Assembly: GCA_023386965.1 (NCBI GenBank)
Contig: JAEWIR010000039.1
Location: forward strand, 856-64,855
Reading direction: 5' to 3'
DNA from: Bacteroidota bacterium
GTDB taxonomy: Bacteria > Bacteroidota > Bacteroidia > Flavobacteriales > Weeksellaceae
DNA: 64,000 bases
Of this stretch, positions 10,311 through 18,110 are shown piece after piece (within the stretch, counting starts at the first letter, position 1; every line of letters starts with the position of its first letter). The notes under the pieces were generated by a model. The model made no database searches. It saw nothing but the letters and a program-made list of their open reading frames with translations, and was not told where the DNA came from. The position numbers were made by a program, and so were the translations under genes.

Positions 10311-11055
10311 GATTTTAATTATAGAAGACGAAATTCCCAATGCAGAAAGACTCGTTCGTCTGCTTGGTAAAGTAAGACCGAATGCAGAAATATTAGCTGT
10401 AATTGAAAGCGTTGCGGAAAGTATCCGGTGGTTCAATGAAAATGAACAGCCAGATGTTGTGATGATGGACATCAGGCTGTCTGATGGATTAAGTTTTGAA
10501 ATTTTCGAGAATACAAAAGTGTTATGCCCTGTGATTTTTACCACTGCATATGATGAATATGCGGTTAAAGCGTTCAGGTATAACAGTGTTTTTTATCTTT
10601 TGAAGCCTATTGACCAGGATGAACTGAGTTTGGCTATAGCTAAGCTCGAAGCAAAGACGATCGTAAACATTGATCGTATTTTATTGGAAACTCTTTTAAC
10701 TTCTCTAAAACCAAAAGGTTACAGGAGTCGTTTTCTGATATCGTATAGAGAAAATTATAATTCTGTACTGGTGCAGGATATCTCATACTTCTATTCAGAA
10801 TTTAAAATTACCAAGGCCAGGCTGGTAAATGGTGATAATATAGTTGTGCCCGAAACTTTGGAAGAATTGGAACAGCAACTTGATCCAAATCTTTTTTTCA
10901 GAGCTAATAGGCAGTATATTATACATGTTGATTCTATTCTTCAGGTCAGTAATTATTTTAAAGGTAAGCTTAAAGTAAAACTTAAAAAATTCGATGGGGC
11001 AATTATGATAAGTCGCGAAAAATCTACACAATTCAAGGGTTGGATCGGTTACTGA
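10297..11055 (+). CDS. LytTR-family response regulator
   Basis: REC domain (IIEDE, MDIRLSDG, FTTAYDEYA, LLKP) plus LytTR domain (FFRANRQYII). Confidence 0.92.
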   Translation: MMTSRILIIEDEIPNAERLVRLLGKVRPNAEILAVIESVAESIRWFNENEQPDVVMMDIRLSDGLSFEIFENTKVLCPVIFTTAYDEYAVKAFRYNSVFYLLKPIDQDELSLAIAKLEAKTIVNIDRILLETLLTSLKPKGYRSRFLISYRENYNSVLVQDISYFYSEFKITKARLVNGDNIVVPETLEELEQQLDPNLFFRANRQYIIHVDSILQVSNYFKGKLKVKLKKFDGAIMISREKSTQFKGWIGY

Positions 11056-11387
11056 TCAAGAGATTTTCTTTCTAGTAACAGCATTTTACAAATTGAGGCC
11101 TATACCGATAATATATTTTGATGCAGAAAAATCAGATATCTTAAAGATATTTCAATTACTCGGAATTTATCTCACATTACTTTTTAATAGATATAGAAAC
11201 ATATTTTGTCCAAAGAATAGAAGCATCTGAAGCAAAATTTATTATTAAACGTTCTATGATAGATGACTACCAAAGGATAGAGTATGTCGTTGCAGACTAT
11301 CCTTACCGATGCGAAGAAGTAATGTTACCGATGGAAAGGTAGGACAAAGAACAGCAGAGCAAATTATTGTCTACTTCAGGTAGCTTT

Positions 11388-11685
11388 CCCCGCTGCGCAA
11401 AGTCTCCCGACTTTGAGCAAATTTCTTCTGCTTAACATTCCATAGAGGTTTATCTTTGATCATAGAAGAGCTCCGCTGCCGCGCTAAATCGAAGATTTGA
11501 CCAAGTTAATCCATTGTGTGGTTAACATATGAAATCAAAAATTATTCGTGCATATTTCACGTAGTGGAAGATTAGATGTGTTTGAAATTTAACAATTTGC
11601 AACTATTGGTAGTAAGAAGATATTGGGAACGGCTCAAAGTCAGGAAATCGAAGATTCGACGAAGTCAGACTTTTCGCAGCGGGGG
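11388..11685 (+). mobile_element. non-autonomous (MITE/REPIN-like) derivative of the RAYT element, copy 1
   Basis: Terminal inverted repeats CCCCGCTGCGCAAAGTC...GACTTTTCGCAGCGGGG. Left arm aligns with 6255-6331, right arm with about 6955-7088. Transposase ORF absent. Confidence 0.8.
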
Positions 11686-11779
11686 TAGTAACGGGAGGTA
11701 CCAAGCAATTACTGGCCGAAGCATTTTTGATAATGCTGATGCGTAATTTAATCAACATGGATATTATATTCCTTAATAT

Positions 11780-12154
11780 ATGAATATCATAAAATTTATT
11801 GATTACTTAATATTCCATTTGAACTGCCTTTATAAGAGGATGGATACATTTAAGGATAGGAGTAGAAGTATAGAGAAGCTGTGGCTTTGTGTCATACTTT
11901 CAATATTTATAACTCTAATGCTGTCAAGCATAGACAATATATTTCTTAACAATAACTTAATTTCAATTAATGAATATATATTCTTTATATTATATCCTAT
12001 ACTGTTGGTGCTTAATTATTATTTATTTATAAAATCAGAGAGATTCTTAGATTATGGTTTTAGAGAAAGTTTTATTGGGTATTTGATAATATTTCTGTTA
12101 ATTATTATAATGATATTTTTAATGCTGCAAGTGGAGCCAATAGTAAGACGATGA
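11780..12154 (+). CDS. small multi-TM protein, putative orphan toxin-immunity protein
   Basis: 124 aa, hydrophobic. N-terminus MNIIKF...IFH...Y...D resembles those of 14792 and 15389. Confidence 0.6.
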   Translation: MNIIKFIDYLIFHLNCLYKRMDTFKDRSRSIEKLWLCVILSIFITLMLSSIDNIFLNNNLISINEYIFFILYPILLVLNYYLFIKSERFLDYGFRESFIGYLIIFLLIIIMIFLMLQVEPIVRR

Positions 12155-12234
12155 AAGTAAGATAGCTACTGAGCGGGCCAGATCTTCTTTAGTATGAAAG
12201 TCTTTACACCTATCTCTGTGGCAATGACCTAAAA

Positions 12235-13314
12235 AGCAACGATCTTTATCCTTTCGGTATTAGTTTTGTGAGAAATGAAGAAGAGGATTCTAAGTATGGA
12301 GCCGGCAGTTTCTATAATTACAAGTACAACGGAAAGGAACTGCAGGATACAGGTCTGTACGATTATGGGTGGCGGCAGTATATGCCGGAACTGGGACGGT
12401 GGAACGGCATGGATCAGTTAAGCGAGATGTATAGCAGTGCCAGCCCTTTTGCGTATGTATTAAACAATCCTGTGATGCTTATAGATCCCGATGGAAGATG
12501 TCCAAACAGACCAGAAGGAGAATTGTGTCCGGATGCTCCGGGTGGAACAAATAATCCTATAGATATTGAGGAGGTAGTTGTAAGGCCAAAGCCAAAATCC
12601 AATGCAATTGCATCGGATCCATTTCCAACCAGCGATTATTTAGGCTGGAACTGGGGACTTGGAGGTTCTTCCGGAACCTCTGGATCACGTCCTGGCGGTT
12701 CATCGGGCAGTTCGGGCGGCGGTCTTGGAGGCGGATTTTATGTGGGTGGTGGATACAGAACACCGGAGATTTCAATATCCAATAGGCCTACGTTTAGACC
12801 CAAATATTCACATGATGGGTATGAGTATGCCATGAAGTTAATAGATGCAATTGAAGGTGCTATTGGTACAATTGAAAGTGCGAAATTTGCTCTGCACAAA
12901 GAGGTGCTGCGCTTCAACTAAAACGCAGCTTACAAATGGAGTAGCCCACTAAAACAGATGAAGAACGGACAAAGCTATTGGAATAATAACTTTGTAAAAG
13001 CAGCACGCACTAACCATCTGACCTCACTGAAGACAATTAGTAGTAAGGCACCAGGAGGTATTTTGGTCGCGGCGGATATAGCTCTGTCGGCAGAATTGAA
13101 GCCGTCACATGCAATAAATTCAGCGATGATAGTTGCCTCCTTTACTGGAGTAGGAAGCGTTGTCGCGGGAGTTTGGTTTATTGCTGACAATGGTGTTGGA
13201 ATCTACAATTACTTTGATGATCATCAAGAAGGGTTTTACACGCTCTCCGATGTTATTGATGATAGTGATTTCGGAAGCAAAATCACGATTGAAATGTATA
13301 ATGGAATTTATTGA
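12235..13314 (+). pseudogene. orphan Rhs core fragment plus toxin C-terminus 1, 5'-truncated, internal TAA at 12919-12921
   Basis: NDLYPFG...YKYNGKELQDTGLYDYGWRQYMPELGRW...PFAYVLNNPVMLIDPDG is the RHS repeat-associated core. ORFs 12268 and 12958 are in the same frame. Confidence 0.85.
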
Positions 13315-13322
13315 TATAACAA

Positions 13323-13940
13323 ATGATTAGAAGTATTTTTTTGTTGAAAAGTTTAATATGGTTTATTTTCATGTTAATATTGGCATTATTTGGTTTGATA
13401 TTTTATGTCTGTGAGCCAATCGTTAATAATGATGTTGGTAGAGATGATTGGTTATTCATCTTATTTTTTTCGTGCCTTGTTTTTTTCATCATCTACCTTA
13501 TAAAGGAATTTAAATTTTTAATTATAGATACTCGAAACGAAAAGCACTTCTTTTATTTTCGTTCCATATTCCACCCTTTTGGAAAAACCCTTTATTTCAA
13601 AGACTACACAGGCATTTATAAAACTACTGAAAGCGGAAGTGGCGGAACTTATGAGGTAGTTTATCTTGTAGACCATAACAATATTACCCAATTTAAGATT
13701 ATGGGTCTGTACTACAAAAATAAGGACGAGATCATTGCAGCGATTCCACTTCCCGAAATAAAAAGAAATCTGTCAGGAAAGGAATACCTGAAGCTAATGT
13801 TTACCGGTAGGGCGAACCTCTCCAAAATAAAAGACAAGAAGAATACAGACAGCAAAATTGCTTTCTATTTTAAAGTTTTTAGTGCAGTTACAATCCTTAT
13901 TTTTGTGATTGGAATGCTTGTTAGAGTTTTTTCTAGATAG
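13323..13940 (+). CDS. membrane protein, putative cognate immunity for Rhs-CT1
   Basis: Starts 8 nt after the toxin-tip stop, 3 predicted TMs, AT-rich. Confidence 0.6.
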   Translation: MIRSIFLLKSLIWFIFMLILALFGLIFYVCEPIVNNDVGRDDWLFILFFSCLVFFIIYLIKEFKFLIIDTRNEKHFFYFRSIFHPFGKTLYFKDYTGIYKTTESGSGGTYEVVYLVDHNNITQFKIMGLYYKNKDEIIAAIPLPEIKRNLSGKEYLKLMFTGRANLSKIKDKKNTDSKIAFYFKVFSAVTILIFVIGMLVRVFSR

Positions 13941-13962
13941 TTATTATTAATTTTTCTACTTG

Positions 13963-14805
13963 TATATGCCGTAACTCGGCCGGTGGAACGGCATGGATCA
14001 GTTAAGTGAGATGTATTTAAGCACAAGCCCGCACGCGTACGTTGCGAATAATCTTATTACCTTTTTGGACCCTGATGGAAGATGTTTATCCAACCTTGCA
14101 GGTGAGTTTGAAGATCCAAATTGTGCAGCAGATATTGAAGAGGTTATTATAGTAAAACCAAAATCTAATATAATTGCAGCGGATCCATTTCCGACCGGCG
14201 ATTATTTAGGCTGGAACTGGGGATTTGGAGGTTCTTCCGGAACCTCTGGTTCAGGTCCTGCCGGTTCATCGGGCAGTTCGGAAAGGGGTCTTGGAGGTGG
14301 CTTCAATGGGGTTGGTGGATATAGAACACCTGAGAGTAATGTTGTTCCCCAACCTCAAGTTACCCCAACTATGAGTGATTTTGATTGGGATCGAGTGGTT
14401 GAATTGTTAACTAATCCCGCAACTGATGGCATTATTAATGGATCTTCGGCTTTAGTAGCTCGAGGTTTAAAGAATTGGGACACAGCGTCTACAATTGTTA
14501 AAACAAAAGTAATTGTAGAAACGATAGGTACCAAAACACCCTTTTCTGCCCAAACACTGAAAAATGCGTCGCCTTATTTGAAATGGGGAGGCAGGGTTGT
14601 AGGTGCTCTGGGTATTTTCAATACTGGTCTTGATTGGCGTAACGGAGAAATTTCCGCGTCACGTGCTGGTCTTGATACCGCGATGGGAATTATAGGCTTT
14701 ATGGGTCCTGGTGGCGCGGTTATCTCTCTAACTTATTTCGGTAGTGTCGCCCTTTATGAACATTTTTATGTTAACCAATTCTTTTCAAAAGATGAATTTT
14801 ATTAA
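13963..14805 (+). pseudogene. orphan Rhs core fragment plus toxin C-terminus 2
   Basis: Begins YMP*LGRWNGMDQLSEMY...PHAYVANNLITFLDPDG (TAA at 13972 where copy 1 has GAA). Open from ATG 13993 to 14805. Gly-rich hydrophobic C-terminal tip. Confidence 0.8.
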
Positions 14806-15214
14806 TTTTTTTAGGCTGCTTATATATCATATTTACATTTATTATATGAAAGTTGATGATCATAATAAGCCATTAGCTAAGTTCACTACTATGTTAATAT
14901 TTACCTTAATCGGTGGCTTCCTGGTTGTTAGTACATATGATCTTATTTTTCAGTTTAGAGAAGCAGCATACACAAATATGGAGGACAAGTATTACAGAAT
15001 GTTGTTTGTTATTATTGCAAGCTTCATCAGTATCTATCTTTACAAGGAAGGATTTACAGACTTAGATAAATCGACACACTACCATAGAAAATATTATATT
15101 TATTTTATCCTCCTGGTACTTATCACTGCCGCTCTGACAATTTGGTCGGGTTCTGTCAGCAGGGAAAGAATCTTTGAAAATGAAAAATACGGGAAAAGCA
15201 TACCTAAATCATAG
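14792..15214 (+). CDS. membrane protein, putative cognate immunity for Rhs-CT2
   Basis: ATG overlaps the toxin stop by 14 nt, about 3 TMs, paralogous to 15389-15814. Confidence 0.65.
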   Translation: MNFINFFRLLIYHIYIYYMKVDDHNKPLAKFTTMLIFTLIGGFLVVSTYDLIFQFREAAYTNMEDKYYRMLFVIIASFISIYLYKEGFTDLDKSTHYHRKYYIYFILLVLITAALTIWSGSVSRERIFENEKYGKSIPKS

Positions 15215-15315
15215 GTTTTAGAAATCAGCTCATCACTGTGCATATATGGAAGACTACATATGGCTTGTTACTTTTGCTGCCGCACTAAGATAGTGGGCTC
15301 TCAGACGACAGAACA

Positions 15316-15402
15316 GTAATAACTCTAACTTATTTCGGTAGTGTCGCACTCTTTGACCATTATACTGGTAATGAATTCCTTTCAAGAGATGAATATTATT
15401 AA
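15316..15402 (+). pseudogene. 28-codon remnant of a toxin tip paralogous to Rhs-CT2
   Basis: VITLTYFGSVALFDHYTGNEFLSRDEYY* versus the CT2 end VISLTYFGSVALYEHFYVNQFFSKDEFY*. Confidence 0.75.
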
Positions 15403-15814
15403 ATTTTCTAGATTTCTGTTTTTTCATGTCTACCTATATTTTTATAAAGTGGACAATGAAAGCAATGTGTCGGCGAAAGTTGCTACATGGTTAGTTTTCA
15501 CGCTACTGTGCAGTATATTTATTTTTAATTCCTACAACATTATAAATCAATTTACAGATAAAAGCTTTAGCAGTATATCCTTACGAGGGTATGTGGTTAT
15601 CTATTGTATAGTGGGACCTATAATGGCTGTTTACACATATTTTGAGAATTTTAGTGATTTTAATACATTTAGCGATTATCACACCAAATATTATATTTAT
15701 TTTATCGCTGTTGTATTGTTTACAATAAGTCTACTATATTATTCATCCTATAATAGCAGGGGAAGAATTTCTCAGGAAAGGGTAAAGAATGAACGAATTG
15801 TGCCATTGGTATAG
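15389..15814 (+). CDS. orphan immunity paralog (membrane protein)
   Basis: Aligns with the 14792 product (FH.Y.Y..KVD....AK..T.L.FTL; YH.KYYIYFI; SR.RI). Same 14-nt overlap with the toxin remnant. Confidence 0.7.
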   Translation: MNIIKFSRFLFFHVYLYFYKVDNESNVSAKVATWLVFTLLCSIFIFNSYNIINQFTDKSFSSISLRGYVVIYCIVGPIMAVYTYFENFSDFNTFSDYHTKYYIYFIAVVLFTISLLYYSSYNSRGRISQERVKNERIVPLV

Positions 15815-15849
15815 CTGCTAGTGGAAAATTTGCTCTTCACAACGAGGTG

Positions 15850-16137
15850 CCCCGTTGCGCAAAGTCTTCCGACTGTGAGCAAATTTCTTCTCCTGAACAT
15901 TCTTTAAAGATTTATCTTTGATCAAATCATAACCCCGCTACACACTAAATCGAAGATATGACGAAGTTAATCCTTTGTGTGGTTAACATATGAAATCAAA
16001 AATTATTCTTGTATAATTCACCTAGTGAAAGATCAACTGTGTTTGAAATTTAAAAATAAGGAGGCATAAATAGTAAGAAGATATTGGCAACGGCTCAAAG
16101 TCAGGAAATCGAAGATTCGATGAGGTAAGACTTTGCG
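15850..16137 (+). mobile_element. non-autonomous derivative of the RAYT element, copy 2
   Basis: CCCCGTTGCGCAAAGTC-ttcc-GACTGTGAGC ... GCTCAAAGTCAGG-[22 nt]-AGACTTTGCG. Collinear with 11388-11685 along its length. Confidence 0.8.
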
Positions 16138-16187
16138 AAGATGAGCACTGCAAAAGATCTAATGTTAGAGACAAAAATTAATTAATA

Positions 16188-16592
16188 ATGAATAGTAAAT
16201 ATCCATTAATTATAATTTTGATAGTTATAGCAGTAATTTTATATGGGTATTTTAATGCTAATAAAAATAAAGCAAAGCTTTTGAATAATTATAAATTTAC
16301 AGTAGCAAGGATAACCACGGATTGGCATTATAAGAATGATAATGGAATTGGTGTGGACTACGAGTATGATGTTAACAAAAAGAAATATAGTTCGACAGTT
16401 AATGTAGATGTTAAAAATAACGAAACATATTTACTTATATATGATTCCTTGAATCCAAGAAGTTGTCTTGTTTTGGAAATGTATCCCATATATGATTCAA
16501 TAGAACCTCCTAAAAACGGCTGGAAATATGAGGAAGTACCTATAAGAGTAGATACACTGAGAATTAAGGAACATATTAATAAATATAAGTAG
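16188..16592 (+). CDS. hypothetical protein with N-terminal TM anchor, possible immunity protein
   Basis: 134-aa AT-rich ORF directly after element copy 2. Confidence 0.55.
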   Translation: MNSKYPLIIILIVIAVILYGYFNANKNKAKLLNNYKFTVARITTDWHYKNDNGIGVDYEYDVNKKKYSSTVNVDVKNNETYLLIYDSLNPRSCLVLEMYPIYDSIEPPKNGWKYEEVPIRVDTLRIKEHINKYK

Positions 16593-16752
16593 GATAAATC
16601 GGAGACAGTATACGTTAGCATAATTGTATAGTCACAGCACCCCGCTACCGCGCGATATCTTTGCTTGACTAAAATAGAAACCCAAAATTATTAAAAATCA
16701 ATCCTTTCGGATCTGCTGGAAACAGGTAGGCAAACTTGCTCCATCGGCCGTG

Positions 16753-17955
16753 TCACCCTCTGTTAAATATTTTTTGTTTTCCAACCTTTGCGGCGCTCAG
16801 ATTCTTAGCGAAAAATTCTTTTAGCTGCTCTGCGGCCTGAATCAGTGTCTCATCCTTCTTGGCAAAACAAAACCGTAACTGTCCTGTGTCCCTGCCGTCA
16901 TGATAAAAAGCTGAATAGGGAACACACGCTACCTTGGCCTCGCGGATCAGCAATTCGGCAAACTCGCGGTCGCTATAGGGAAATGTCTGCCGACAAAAAC
17001 TTACGGTCTGGAAATAACCTCCCCCGGCTTTATGACTGATTTCCAAAGGTAAACCTTCAAGCAGTTCACAAAAGAGATCGCGTTTGGCCTGGAAAAATGA
17101 TTTGTTACAATCAACATCAAAAACTTGGAGGAAATTCCCCAGCGCAAACTGCGCGTGGGCATTCACAGTGAACGTAAGGTATTGGTGAATCTTTCTGAAG
17201 GCCCTGGTGTACTCAGGCGGCGCGATGATATAACTGGCTTTCCAGCCGGAAATATGAAACATTTTCTCAAAGGAATAGATGCAGAAGCACCGCTTCGAAA
17301 TTTCAGGATGGTGCCAGGCACTCCGGAATTCGTGACGGTCATAGCAGAGCAGGTCATATACTTCATCAGAAATAACGATGATATCCGTATCCTTAATGAG
17401 TTCCCAAAGGCATTCCCAGTCTGTCCGGTCCCAAACCTTACCAGTGGGATTATTTGGTGAATTGACGATGATTGCTTTTGTCCGGGGCGTTATCGCCTCT
17501 TTAATAGTTTCCCACGGAATTTCTGGACCCGGCATCTGTACAAAAACAGGTTGGGAGCGCCGGATTTCCACCGCGGGAACGTAAGTATTATAGCAGGGTT
17601 CCAGGATAATGACCTCATCACCGGGTTCCAGGAAGCTGGCGAAGGCCACATACATGCCATAGGTGGCTCCGGGAACCAGCGTAATTTCATCTGCCTTCAC
17701 CTCTAAAGGTTTTGGCCTGTTCAGGTTGAACCGGATCAGATTTTCCTGCATGACGGGCAGTACACAGACCGAAGCATAGGTGTTCATGTCATGGTGTATG
17801 GCCTCCTGCAGAAAAGCAGTCAGCCTGCTGTCCGGAGCATAATCGGGTGAACCCTGTGCCAGGTTAATGGCTCCGTATTCTTCGGCTTTTTTTGCGAGTT
17901 CGCAAAAAATATTAAGATCATCGCCCGAATGCCGGTCCTTAAAATGAATTGCCAC
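16753..17955 (-). CDS. PLP-dependent class I/II aminotransferase (YbdL/methionine aminotransferase-like)
   Basis: AINLAQG.PD, NSPNNPTG, SDEVY, SFEKMFHISGWK, LRFCFAK. GTG start. Confidence 0.88.
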   Translation of the reverse strand: MAIHFKDRHSGDDLNIFCELAKKAEEYGAINLAQGSPDYAPDSRLTAFLQEAIHHDMNTYASVCVLPVMQENLIRFNLNRPKPLEVKADEITLVPGATYGMYVAFASFLEPGDEVIILEPCYNTYVPAVEIRRSQPVFVQMPGPEIPWETIKEAITPRTKAIIVNSPNNPTGKVWDRTDWECLWELIKDTDIIVISDEVYDLLCYDRHEFRSAWHHPEISKRCFCIYSFEKMFHISGWKASYIIAPPEYTRAFRKIHQYLTFTVNAHAQFALGNFLQVFDVDCNKSFFQAKRDLFCELLEGLPLEISHKAGGGYFQTVSFCRQTFPYSDREFAELLIREAKVACVPYSAFYHDGRDTGQLRFCFAKKDETLIQAAEQLKEFFAKNLSAAKVGKQKIFNRG

Positions 17956-18110
17956 GGTAAATTTTTATCATATTACTTATAAAAGTAGTCAAAATTCTTC
18001 ACCGGAATGATTAATAGTTACCTTAATCATCTGAAATTCAGTAAATAAGTTATGCAGCGCATCTTATCTGTTTTGCGGGAATTTTTTATCTTTAAAAAAA
18101 ATTAAAGACA

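Noticed and set aside
11145..11342. Open stretch RYFNYSEFISHYFLIDIETYFVQRIE...MLPMER*
   Set aside because: No plausible start and no recognisable motif. It may be a decayed gene but cannot be supported.
12958..13314. Separate 118-aa gene
   Set aside because: Same frame as the Rhs fragment, so it is better explained as the distal toxin tip past an internal TAA.
11486..16127. Repeated 22-nt motif and hairpins as a CRISPR array
   Set aside because: Spacing is irregular (159 bp and >4 kb), there are no unique 30-40-bp spacers, and no cas genes are present.
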